Below, piece after piece: positions 1 through 7,868 of a stretch of 20,664 bases of DNA. The first letter of the stretch is position 1; each line of letters starts with the position of its first letter. Source of the DNA: Anaerolineae bacterium (GTDB lineage Bacteria; Chloroflexota; Anaerolineae; JAAYZQ01); contig JASFOV010000012.1 in NCBI GenBank assembly GCA_050116355.1, positions 1 to 20,664 on the forward strand. Direction: 5' to 3'. A program made the position numbers and the translations under genes. The notes below the pieces were generated by a model. The model saw nothing but the letters and a program-made list of their open reading frames with translations. It searched no databases and was not told the DNA's origin.

Positions 1-831
1 CTCGAGGTCAACGGGGCTGCCGGGCGGCACGAGGGCCGCAACATCAGCGACGTGCACCCACAGGCAATCGTCATCCAGGCTCAAGGCATCATCGGGCTCC
101 TGGTTGCCCTCGTCATCGATGGCAAAGGCAGGGAGATGGGTGAGGTCCACGCGGTCCTCTTCCGGCAGAGCGGGTAGTTGCAGGTCAGGGGCGCTGGTGG
201 GCAAGCGCAGCCGCAGCGGGTATGGATCGGTTGTGCGATCCCAATGGCCCAATTCGAGCAAGAGAGCATGGGCAGACTCGGGCGTCTCGGCACGATCCAG
301 CTCGCGGAGGAGCTGGCTCCTGGGGACGCGCTCCAGCGCCAGATCCTCGACCTCTCTCAGGTACTCGCCGTCCTCAGGCAGGACCTTGCGGGCACGCACT
401 CGCTTCAGAAAAGCGGCCCTGACCCGTTCTTGCTCTGCGCGGGCCTGGCGATCAGCCTGCTCTTGGGCCACCTCTTCGGGGGTGCAGGCCTGGACCTGAT
501 GCGGCGTACCGCGGAAATAGAGCCCGTCCTCCACCAACTGCCAGGCTTCCCAGGCGGACGCGGGGGTAAAGGCGCCGTAGGCCAACTCGGCCAATTCGGC
601 GAGGGTGGTCGTGGTGCCAGCCAGGAGCTCCCAGGCGGTCTTGACCTCGCCGATCTGGGGTTGAAGCTCATCGAGACTGTGCAGTGGCCCGGGATGCAGC
701 GGCTCAACATCCTTGAGGCGCACCTTGAGCGTCTCGCCGTCCTCCAGCTCGATCTGCAGCTTCTTTCCGACCCTAGCCACCCGGGCCGGACGGGTCTTGT
801 ACAGGACCAGGCTGTCCTTGCGCACAGACAT
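1..831 (-). CDS. RNase II/R family 3'-5' exoribonuclease, N-terminal ~277 aa. The gene continues past the window start, so its 3' part is missing.
   Basis: I translated the minus strand myself because this ORF has no stop in the window and is absent from the ORF track. It starts MSVRKDSLVLYKTRPARVARVGKK (OB/cold-shock-like N-terminus) and ends ...DLTHLPAFAIDDEGNQEPDDALSLDDDCLWVHVADVAALVPPGSPVDLE, which is the canonical start of the RNB catalytic domain (the DxxDDA acidic cluster). The ATG is the complement of 829-831, with GGAG directly upstream. Every ORF-track ORF here (178..873+, 405..1043-, 104..499+) is in another frame or antisense. Confidence 0.8.
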   Translation of the reverse strand, partial: MSVRKDSLVLYKTRPARVARVGKKLQIELEDGETLKVRLKDVEPLHPGPLHSLDELQPQIGEVKTAWELLAGTTTTLAELAELAYGAFTPASAWEAWQLVEDGLYFRGTPHQVQACTPEEVAQEQADRQARAEQERVRAAFLKRVRARKVLPEDGEYLREVEDLALERVPRSQLLRELDRAETPESAHALLLELGHWDRTTDPYPLRLRLPTSAPDLQLPALPEEDRVDLTHLPAFAIDDEGNQEPDDALSLDDDCLWVHVADVAALVPPGSPVDLE

Positions 832-921
832 CTCCTACCCTCTTTCGCGCCGCAGTCTGGCAGAGTTGGATAACAGTCAGGGGCTCGCGCGTGAGCCGAC
901 CTGATCCACTGCGGCGCTCCG

Positions 922-950
922 ATTATAGCACCCTTCAAGGTGACCGGCAA
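922..950 (-). promoter_or_regulatory. sigma70-type promoter for the RNase II/R gene: -35 TTGCCG, 17-nt spacer, extended -10 TGcTATAAT.
   Basis: On the minus strand: TTGCCG (complement of 945-950), 17 nt, TGC then TATAAT (complement of 922-930). This places the transcription start about 85 nt upstream of the ATG at 831. Confidence 0.5.
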
Positions 951-1035
951 AAGCGTGTCCGGGCAAGAGGCGCGTACGCTGCGGCGCCCAAGCATGCAGG
1001 GCCGGGGCCATCTCATTTGGACTTGACGAGTAGAC

Positions 1036-1049
1036 ATCGTCATGACGAT
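1036..1049. promoter_or_regulatory. Perfect 14-bp palindrome ATCGTCATGACGAT in the divergent intergenic region, a candidate transcription-factor operator.
   Basis: ATCGTCA and TGACGAT are exact reverse complements. The palindrome lies between the divergent RNase II and arsA-like promoters. It is flanked by two copies of the 10-mer CATGCAGGGC at 993-1002 and 1180-1189. Confidence 0.35.
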
Positions 1050-1198
1050 CTGCCGGGGTGAGCACCCAGAGGCGCCCTCCGAGCCTGTCGAGGGGCATGT
1101 CGAAGGGTGCTCGCGGCGGCTGCTTCGACGGGCTCAGGACGCCGCCGCTCACTGGTCTGAGACAAATGAGCTGGCCCTACATGCAGGGCATGAATTTG

Positions 1199-1227
1199 TA
1201 GACAAAGGATGTTCCTTGTGGTATACT
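1199..1227 (+). promoter_or_regulatory. sigma70-type promoter of the five-gene operon: -35 TAGACA, 17 nt, extended -10 TGgTATACT.
   Basis: TAGACA at 1199-1204, a 17-nt spacer, TG at 1219-1220 and TATACT at 1222-1227. The ATG at 1322 is preceded by AAAAAGGAATC. Confidence 0.5.
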
Positions 1228-1321
1228 CGGGGCAAGACGTGCAAGCAACGCACCAAGGTGAATCGGGCCCTATGCCTGACAGCAGCCGAGACAACCAATT
1301 CGCGACGAGCAAAAAGGAATC

Positions 1322-2272
1322 ATGACCCTTGCAGACCTAGATCAAATCCAGAAACGCGTGATTATGTTCGGCGGGAAGGGGGGCGTGGGCAAGACCACGA
1401 CCTCGTCCACGACAGCGCTGCACTTTGCCTCTCAGGACCTGCAGACGCTGATCATCTCCAGCGACCTGACGCCGTCCCTGTCTGACATCTTTGAGACTGA
1501 CATCGGCGCCACAGAGACCCCGATCCCGGGTGTGCCCAATCTGTGGGGGTTAGAAATCGATCCCGACGAAGTTATGCGCCGTTGGAAGGTCAAGTTCGGC
1601 CCGGAGATCTATGAGGCATCCCAGGTTTTTGTGGATATGCCGTACGACGAAATCGTCGACTATGTAGCCATGGCACCTGGTATTCAAGAGGAATTTCTGC
1701 TGGACTTTATACTAGAACGGATACGTGATGGCCGATATGAGATGGTCGTTTGGGACACCGCTCCCGCCGGCGACACCCTACGTTTGCTGGAACTTCCGCA
1801 CAAGTTCTTGAGCCACCTGAAGATAGCGCCCAAGATGTACCTAGGGGTGCGCGACAAATTACAGCTGAGCAAGGTGCCTTTTTTGGAGCTCATCGACAGT
1901 TGGCGAGAGCTATCGGAGGAGATCACAGGTTTCTTCAAGGATCCGGCCAATGCCGAGTTTGTCCTTGTCACGATTCCAGAAGCCCTGGGCGTCTACCAGG
2001 CTCGCAGGCTCGTGGGCGAGTTTGCCCAGTTTGGTCTCGACATCCAGCATATGATCGTGAACAACGTCATCTTCCAGGCGGATTCGGACTTTATGAGGCA
2101 GCGACAGGCTATGCAGCGCCCCTACCTTCAGTTGCTGTCAGAAGAGTATGGTCACACCATACACATCACGCAGTTACCATTGTTCGCCACGGAAATGAAG
2201 GGGACCGATCGCCTACGAGAGCTCGAGTCCGTTCTTTTTGCGCCCGAACCGGAAAGGAAGCCCGTGCGATGA
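1322..2272 (+). CDS. ArsA/GET3-family anion-transporting ATPase homologue, single nucleotide-binding domain.
   Basis: P-loop GGKGGVGKTT. Signature DTAPAGDTLRLL, versus DTAPTGHTLRLL in ArsA/Get3 (His replaced by Asp here). Length 316 aa. Clean ORF with a Shine-Dalgarno site. Confidence 0.85.
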   Translation: MTLADLDQIQKRVIMFGGKGGVGKTTTSSTTALHFASQDLQTLIISSDLTPSLSDIFETDIGATETPIPGVPNLWGLEIDPDEVMRRWKVKFGPEIYEASQVFVDMPYDEIVDYVAMAPGIQEEFLLDFILERIRDGRYEMVVWDTAPAGDTLRLLELPHKFLSHLKIAPKMYLGVRDKLQLSKVPFLELIDSWRELSEEITGFFKDPANAEFVLVTIPEALGVYQARRLVGEFAQFGLDIQHMIVNNVIFQADSDFMRQRQAMQRPYLQLLSEEYGHTIHITQLPLFATEMKGTDRLRELESVLFAPEPERKPVR

Positions 2273-2994
2273 AGCCGGATTATCCCACCGCCATTTGGCG
2301 TCCAGCCGCCAGTGCCAATTTCGGGACCCGGCCGGCACAGGTCCTGATCGACTGTGTCGTCCTGCATGCGACGGTGGGGAGCTTGGCGGCGACACTGGGC
2401 TGGTTCTCCAATCCCGACAGCGGCGTGTCGGCTCACTACGTTGTCGCTAAAACCGGTGCTGTCTACCAGATGGTGGAAGAGGAACAACGAGCTCAACATG
2501 CCGGAGCCAGTAGCTATCAAGGCAGAACGGACTTTAACGACTTTTCCATTGGGATTGAGATGGTCAACAAGAACGATGGCCTCGATCCCTATCCAGCCGA
2601 GCAGTTCGAAGCCATGGTCGATTTGACGGGCTATTTGGTGGCCAAGTATGGTATCAAGCGAGAGTGGATAGTCACCCACGCCGACATCTCCACAGTGGGC
2701 AAGACCGATCCACGGGGCTTTCCTGTACATGAGCTGTTGATACGCCTGTACGACCCCGCTGCTAACCTGCCGGAAAGCATTGTGCGTGAGGCCGCCTGGA
2801 ATGCAGCAGGCATCCCCTACAATCCAGAGGCTGCCTTCGCCAAATACGCTCGTGAGCACAACCTCGGCAACCCGCAAACGGAAGAGTTCGACTTTTCGTA
2901 CAAGGGGGTCAACTACCGGGGGCAGGGATTTAGCAGCGCCATTGTGTTCTGCAAGGTGGGCGATTGGTCCAACCTGAAGGAGACGAGTTGGTGA
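2269..2994 (+). CDS. N-acetylmuramoyl-L-alanine amidase, amidase_2/PGRP/AmpD-like family. No signal peptide. About 80-aa C-terminal extension.
   Basis: The ATG at 2269 overlaps the upstream stop (ATGA). Motifs: LHATVGS, SAHYVV, QHAGAS, THADIS...KTDPRGF, as in zinc amidase_2. ORF-track entry 1750..2994 is in the same frame, but its N-terminal part overlaps arsA in a different frame. The true start is therefore 2269. Confidence 0.8.
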   Translation: MKPDYPTAIWRPAASANFGTRPAQVLIDCVVLHATVGSLAATLGWFSNPDSGVSAHYVVAKTGAVYQMVEEEQRAQHAGASSYQGRTDFNDFSIGIEMVNKNDGLDPYPAEQFEAMVDLTGYLVAKYGIKREWIVTHADISTVGKTDPRGFPVHELLIRLYDPAANLPESIVREAAWNAAGIPYNPEAAFAKYAREHNLGNPQTEEFDFSYKGVNYRGQGFSSAIVFCKVGDWSNLKETSW

Positions 2995-4058
2995 CGAATG
3001 GCCGGCGCGTGGTCGTCGCCATGAGCGGAGGCGTTGATAGCTCGGTGGCGGCGGCCTTGCTGGTGGAGCAGGGCTACGAGGTGGTCGGGGTGATGATGCG
3101 CCTCTGGGCTGAGCGCGAAAACCGGTGCTGCGCCCCGGAAGCGGTCGATGACGCGCGACAGGTGGCAGCACAGCTGGGCATCCCTTTCCACGTTGTCGAT
3201 TACGGACAGGAGTTCAAGCGCTGTGTCGTGGACTACTTTTTGCGCGAGTACAGCCAAGGGCGCACGCCCAATCCCTGCCTGGCCTGCAATAGGCACATTC
3301 GCTTCGGACAGCTGCTGCGACATGCGCAGGCCTCAAACGCCGACAAGTTGGCGACTGGGCATTACGCCCGCATAGAGCAAGAAGAAGGCCAACTTCATCT
3401 GCGCATGGGCCTTGATCCCAGCAAAGACCAATCGTATGTGCTCTACATGCTGGGTCAGGATGAACTGAACCATGTCTTGTTTCCGCTAGGGGAGTTTACA
3501 AAGGAACAGATCCGGAGTATGGCCCGGGCACGGGGGCTGGCTGTGGCGGATAAGGAAGAGAGCATGGACCTGTGTTTTGTTATGGATGGCGACTATCGCC
3601 GGTTCTTGCGCCAGTATGCCCCGGAGGCGGTACAACCGGGCCCCATCCTAGATGGCACGGGTCGCGAACTTGGCGAACACAGCGGGTTGCCCTTCTATAC
3701 CATCGGCCAGCGACGGGGCTTGGGCATCGCCGCTCCCGAAGCGCTCTATGTGACTCGCCTGGACACAGCCAACAACGCGCTCATCGTCGGTCCTGCCCGC
3801 GAACTAGGGCAGAGCTCGCTGACCGCAGCACAGGTGAGCTACATCAGCGACCGCCAACCAGAGCAGCCAGTGCACGTGCAGGTCAAGATTCGCTACAGGG
3901 CCTCGCTCACCGAGGGGACTTGGATCCCTCTGGCCGACCGACATGCCCGAGTTGAATTCGCCTCTCCATTGCGCGATATTACCCCAGGTCAAGCGGTTGT
4001 CGCCTATCAACAGGACCGAGTGCTGGGGGGCGGCATCATCATGGGAAGTGGGGAATGA
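2991..4058 (+). CDS. mnmA: tRNA-specific 2-thiouridylase MnmA.
   Basis: PP-loop VVVAMSGGVDSSVAA. Catalytic cysteines in NPCLACNRHIRF and DLCFV. 355 aa. A GTG start at 2991 overlaps the amidase stop (GTGA), with GGAG 8 nt upstream. TTG at 2988 is an alternative start. Confidence 0.85.
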   Translation: MTNGRRVVVAMSGGVDSSVAAALLVEQGYEVVGVMMRLWAERENRCCAPEAVDDARQVAAQLGIPFHVVDYGQEFKRCVVDYFLREYSQGRTPNPCLACNRHIRFGQLLRHAQASNADKLATGHYARIEQEEGQLHLRMGLDPSKDQSYVLYMLGQDELNHVLFPLGEFTKEQIRSMARARGLAVADKEESMDLCFVMDGDYRRFLRQYAPEAVQPGPILDGTGRELGEHSGLPFYTIGQRRGLGIAAPEALYVTRLDTANNALIVGPARELGQSSLTAAQVSYISDRQPEQPVHVQVKIRYRASLTEGTWIPLADRHARVEFASPLRDITPGQAVVAYQQDRVLGGGIIMGSGE

Positions 4059-4321
4059 TACAAACACCGGCCATCTTTCTCTCCCTCATCCTGGCTTCTG
4101 TCTATGCCGTCGTGTTCCACCTGCTCAAGGGGCGTACCCTTCGCGATCTGCTGTTTCTGTGGCTAGCAGCCGTGATCGGATTTGCCGCAGGCCAGGTAGC
4201 GGGTCAGATGCTGAACTTCATCCCGTGGACCATCGGTGAGGTTCGGGTCGTAGAGGGCACACTCATATCGGTGCTGTTTCTGATCGTGGCCCGCTGGCTG
4301 ATGCAGGACAAGACGAAATGA
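4055..4321 (+). CDS. Small integral membrane protein, 88 aa with about 3 TM helices. Unknown function.
   Basis: MIQTPAIFLSLILASVYAVVFHLL..., three hydrophobic segments. ATGA overlap with the mnmA stop at the start, and ATGA overlap with the next gene at the stop. This implies translational coupling. Confidence 0.6.
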   Translation: MIQTPAIFLSLILASVYAVVFHLLKGRTLRDLLFLWLAAVIGFAAGQVAGQMLNFIPWTIGEVRVVEGTLISVLFLIVARWLMQDKTK

Positions 4322-6087
4322 CAGAGCAAGTGACGAAAAGCACACCCAATGCAATCACTCAGAAGTCAGGAGTGAAAGGCAGGGAGCTATCTCCTATTCA
4401 CGAGGCTGAACCACGCGACACCGCGCAGGTATGGCTGGCAGATGGCCGGGTATTTGAAGGACCGGTAGGTACGCCCCTGGAGGAGTTCCTCCAAATCGCC
4501 GAGCCCGATGCCCAAGTGCCAACTGTTGCGGCATTGGTCAACGGTGAACTACGGGAACTGACGTACCGGGTGGAAGCCGACATCGAAGTGACACCTATCA
4601 CTATGGCGCACAGCGACGGCTTCCGGATCTATCGCCGCTCGCTGGCCTTTCTGCTGGTGACCGCCGTCCATGAGCTATTCCCCGACGCCACAGTATACGT
4701 CGACCACTCGCTCACATTCGGCGGCTACTTCTGCCAGATCCAAGGCCGGGAAGCCTTTTCAGAGGAGGAACTGCGCCAGGTCGAAGCCCGAATGTGGGAA
4801 ATCGTCGCGGACGATGAACCCATCCTCAAGGCCCGGGTCCCCTTGAATGATGCGATTGCCCTGTTCAAAGCCCGGGGCGACGACGACAAGGTGCGGCTTC
4901 TCTCTCGCAGGAGCAAGGGCTACCTGACGCTGTACCAACTGCGTGGCTTTCGCGACTATTTTCACGGCTACATGGTCCCCTCCACCCAGTATCTGCAGGT
5001 ATTTGACTTGCGGAACTACCCGATGGGGTTCATCCTTCGATTTCCCCGCAGCCAGCCGCCGATGCAGTTGCAGCCGGTCCTCGATTACCCCAAGCTCTTG
5101 AGTGTCTTCCGTGAGTATGGCCATTGGATGGAGCTGATGGGCATACGCGACGTCGGCTGTCTCAATGATGCCATTGCCGGAGAACAGGTACGCGAGATCA
5201 TCCTCGTGGCCGAGGCGCTGCACGAACAAAGAGTCGCCCGCATAGCGCAAGAGATCGCCTCCCGCCAGGGAGAATGCCGCTTGGTGCTGATCGCGGGTCC
5301 GTCGTGTTCGGGCAAGACCACATTCTCCAAACGACTGAGCATCCAGCTGTTGGCCAATGGACTGCGGCCTTTTGCCCTGGAACTGGACAACTACTTTTTG
5401 GAACGGCAGAAGACACCCCGGGACGCGAACGGAAATTACGATTTCGAATCCCTTGATGCAGTCGACGTCCAGTTGTTCAACGAGCACCTGCTACAGTTGC
5501 TGGATGGCATGGAAGTCACTTTGCCGCGCTACAACTTTCGGACTGGCCTGCGGGAGGTGGGCCAGTCCGTTCGCCTGAGACCCGACCACATCGTCATCGT
5601 TGAAGGCATCCACGGGATGAATCCCAAACTAGTACCGGACATACCACCTGGCGTAACCTACCGGGTCTACACCTCAGCCCTGACCCAGCTCAACATAGAT
5701 AAGCACAACCGTGTCCCGACGACTGACACCCGCCTGCTCCGCCGGATCTTACGGGATGCCGCCTATCGAGGATACACGGCTCAACAAACGATCGATCGTT
5801 GGGAGAGCGTGCGCCGCGGCGAAAAGCGATGGATCTTTCCCTTTCAAGAACATGCCGATGTTATGTTCAACTCAGCGCTTGTCTATGAGCTTGCCGTGCT
5901 GAAACCGTTGGCAAAGCCCCTGCTGCTTCAGGTCAAGCCCTTTACCCGGACCCACGTGGAAGCGAAACGACTCATGGCCTTTCTCGAATGGTTTGAACCG
6001 TTGGCGCCTACCCTGGTGCCGGACAACTCGATCTTGCGCGAGTTTGTAGGGGGCTCAATCCTCAGAGACTTTCACGTGTCCGTGTAG
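4318..6087 (+). CDS. Fusion protein: ThrRS-like TGS N-terminal domain plus a PRK-family nucleoside (uridine/cytidine-type) kinase C-terminal domain.
   Basis: N-terminus VWLADGRVFEGPVGTPLEEFLQIA is TGS-like. Kinase P-loop LIAGPSCSGKTTFSKRLSIQL and LELDNYF are typical of the uridine kinase/phosphoribulokinase family. 589 aa. Confidence 0.75.
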   Translation: MTEQVTKSTPNAITQKSGVKGRELSPIHEAEPRDTAQVWLADGRVFEGPVGTPLEEFLQIAEPDAQVPTVAALVNGELRELTYRVEADIEVTPITMAHSDGFRIYRRSLAFLLVTAVHELFPDATVYVDHSLTFGGYFCQIQGREAFSEEELRQVEARMWEIVADDEPILKARVPLNDAIALFKARGDDDKVRLLSRRSKGYLTLYQLRGFRDYFHGYMVPSTQYLQVFDLRNYPMGFILRFPRSQPPMQLQPVLDYPKLLSVFREYGHWMELMGIRDVGCLNDAIAGEQVREIILVAEALHEQRVARIAQEIASRQGECRLVLIAGPSCSGKTTFSKRLSIQLLANGLRPFALELDNYFLERQKTPRDANGNYDFESLDAVDVQLFNEHLLQLLDGMEVTLPRYNFRTGLREVGQSVRLRPDHIVIVEGIHGMNPKLVPDIPPGVTYRVYTSALTQLNIDKHNRVPTTDTRLLRRILRDAAYRGYTAQQTIDRWESVRRGEKRWIFPFQEHADVMFNSALVYELAVLKPLAKPLLLQVKPFTRTHVEAKRLMAFLEWFEPLAPTLVPDNSILREFVGGSILRDFHVSV

Positions 6088-6283
6088 GCAGATGTTGTCC
6101 TGGATGCCGCATCCAACAAGGCCATTGGCACGGCCAGCCAGATCTGGATTCTGTGGCACTCTGTAGGCATGGAGATATTCTGTTGCGCCAGTTGCTTGGC
6201 GGTATCTCACGTTTGGAGCATGAACCCAGCCCATACGCGAACAGATCTATGTCATCGAGTCTGTAAGATGACTGCCAACTAGT

Positions 6284-6312
6284 GTTAGCTCAACACACAG
6301 CTGACTTTTTTT
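6284..6312 (+). terminator. Probable intrinsic terminator: 7-bp stem GUUAGCU/AGCUGAC including one G-U wobble, 8-nt loop, then T7.
   Basis: GTTAGCT at 6284-6290, loop caacacac, AGCTGAC at 6299-6305, then TTTTTTT at 6306-6312. It lies about 200 nt after the kinase stop, at the boundary where G+C drops. Confidence 0.45.
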
Positions 6313-6363
6313 CATAGGTTGCGGGAAGGTGAACCCCTACGGCTATAGCACTGCTTGGTCGTG

Positions 6364-6786
6364 TCAGAATCTGATCGGCTCCTTTGAATCGTCTGCCAAG
6401 GTCCAGAAGTGTGCTTCGCCCGTGAATATGCGGCAAGGTCGAACAATCGGTCTTACCGAAAACCCTACGAGAGCGTCAAGCCAGGATCTATTCTGATAGG
6501 CTTTGTCCAGATTCTCTTCGTCCTCCAGAAACTCGATCTCGCCTGTTACTCTCATATGTTTCCAATCCTCCGGGCCTGCCCCATTGTTGAAGAAGCACAC
6601 CTCAACCTTGGGATTCTCCTGCAATTGCCTGGTAACCTCCTTTTCAGCCAGCGGTACAAAGTAGAATCCGCTTTCGTCAGCGTACCACAGATAGAAAGTT
6701 CTCACCCGCGGTTGATCACCGTCTGTCGTGGCCAGATAGCAGACAGGGTTCTCAGTCGCGAACTCGATACACTCATTGATGTCCAT
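6364..6786 (-). CDS. Pyridoxamine 5'-phosphate oxidase-like FMN-binding split-barrel protein (general-stress-protein-26-like).
   Basis: 140 aa, MDINECIEFATENPVCYLATTDGDQPRVRTFYLWY.... Strong Shine-Dalgarno site AAAGGAG 7 nt before the ATG on the minus strand. Lower G+C than the flanks. Confidence 0.75.
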   Translation of the reverse strand: MDINECIEFATENPVCYLATTDGDQPRVRTFYLWYADESGFYFVPLAEKEVTRQLQENPKVEVCFFNNGAGPEDWKHMRVTGEIEFLEDEENLDKAYQNRSWLDALVGFSVRPIVRPCRIFTGEAHFWTLADDSKEPIRF

Positions 6787-6939
6787 TCTTCACTCCTTTC
6801 ACTCTCACGTAAGGGAGCAGCTTGAACGAGCACTGATCCTTCACCCTCCCCCAAGCTATGGCAGAGAGAGGCTGGGCCATATCGATGGCGCCAAGGCCCC
6901 GTCGTCCAGCGCCGGCGGGGCTCAATGACACGAGAACGC

Positions 6940-7281
6940 CTATTTGCCCACCGAAACGTAGTCGGTATAGATACTATCCATGGGAGTCGCGAGAGTTGCC
7001 CACTTTTCCATGGCTGCTGCCCAGGGCTCAAAGACCTGTTGAGCTTCCTTTGACATCTCACCTGGAGAGGGAAAAAATCGGTCGCGAGCTTCGACGCTCT
7101 CAAACTCGTACATCACCAGATACTTACCTTCTCTATCACCCCGGTCACCCCTTAGGAGATAGCTTTCCGAACCTTCAGGTGAGGGGAGTGGATACACCTC
7201 TTCTGTCACAAACCTCTCGAAATCCTCAGCTTTCACTCCTGGCTTGAGCGCGATCATGTGCATACCGAAGACTTTCGACAT
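6940..7281 (-). CDS. Small cytoplasmic protein of 113 aa with a predicted ferredoxin-like beta-alpha-beta-beta-alpha-beta (Dabb-type) fold.
   Basis: MSKVFGMHMIALKPG...KYLVMYEFESVEARD...SIYTDYVSVGK. I prefer the ATG at 7279-7281 (complement) because AAGGAGG sits 8 nt upstream. The track's start at 7299 is a GTG inside that Shine-Dalgarno site. Confidence 0.6.
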   Translation of the reverse strand: MSKVFGMHMIALKPGVKAEDFERFVTEEVYPLPSPEGSESYLLRGDRGDREGKYLVMYEFESVEARDRFFPSPGEMSKEAQQVFEPWAAAMEKWATLATPMDSIYTDYVSVGK

Positions 7282-7770
7282 GACTGGATCCTCCTTCACT
7301 CCAAGGTACAGCTTCCAATAGCCGCATGCCCCACCGGTGACATGCAGCTACACCTCTTGTCAGTTGAGCACACGAACTTTCACTCACCTAATGACAAGAT
7401 CTGATACGTTTGCCATTCAGCAACAAACCGGATTGAACCGTGAACCATAGGTCCGACAAAGCCCGCGTTGACATTCGCAATCCCACGCTATGACTGCATT
7501 TCAATCTGCTTGACCAACTGATTTCGTGTCGGAACATGATGGGTGGCTGCGGTGCAAGGGGCACAATGGCAATGCCGTGAAGAAGCTGCCCCCTGCCGCC
7601 GAAAACATGGATTCCAGTGAGGTTACTGTGTTCTGCGAGGGTACTGTACGCTGCGCTGTCTGTGCTGCTGCTACAACTCCATTATACCTCACGGAAGCAC
7701 GGATGTCAATAGCCCGAATCAAGTCATTCAGAATGTTGCTTCTTGTTCATTTTGCCCTCTCCTCACTTCC

Positions 7771-7799
7771 TTGCAAATTGGCTCGTGTTGGGGTAGAAT
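7771..7799 (+). promoter_or_regulatory. Promoter P1 upstream of the SPFH gene: TTGCAA, 17 nt, TAGAAT.
   Basis: TTGCAA at 7771-7776, a 17-nt spacer and TAGAAT at 7794-7799. Confidence 0.45.
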
Positions 7800-7840
7800 G
7801 TATCACCAAGCGGGCACTCAATACGAGGCCGGGTTTGTTG

Positions 7841-7868
7841 TTGCGTCCCTGCCAATCTGTGGTATAGT
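7841..7868 (+). promoter_or_regulatory. Promoter P2 upstream of the SPFH gene: TTGCGT, 16 nt, extended -10 TGgTATAGT.
   Basis: TTGCGT at 7841-7846, TG at 7860-7861 and TATAGT at 7863-7868. It uses the same TGTGGTATA motif as the promoters at 1218-1227 and 14236-14246. Confidence 0.45.

Noticed and set aside
178-873. + strand ORF of 231 aa, and neighbouring ORFs 104..499+, 405..1043- and 81..293-.
   Set aside because: They are antisense or out of frame to the minus-strand RNase II/R gene, which has clear RNB-domain motifs. Their Arg/Gly/Ala-rich composition is typical of high-G+C noise.
1750-2268. N-terminal 173 codons of track ORF 1750..2994.
   Set aside because: This part is open only because it overlaps arsA in another frame. 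Homology to amidase_2 begins at the ATG at 2269, which overlaps the arsA stop.
2152-3171. Minus-strand ORF of 339 aa, Pro/Arg-rich.
   Set aside because: Antisense to the amidase and mnmA genes. Low-complexity composition. No Shine-Dalgarno site.
4759-5487. Minus-strand ORF of 242 aa.
   Set aside because: Antisense to the kinase gene, which has a clear P-loop in frame on the + strand.
7430-7446. GGATTGAACCGTGAACC, which looks like a tRNA T-arm.
   Set aside because: I could not assemble an acceptor stem, anticodon arm or cloverleaf around it. It is not a tRNA.
7526-7867. + strand ORF of 113 aa in the long non-coding region.
   Set aside because: It spans both promoters of the SPFH gene. It has no Shine-Dalgarno site, an odd Cys/Ala-rich composition, and nothing recognisable.
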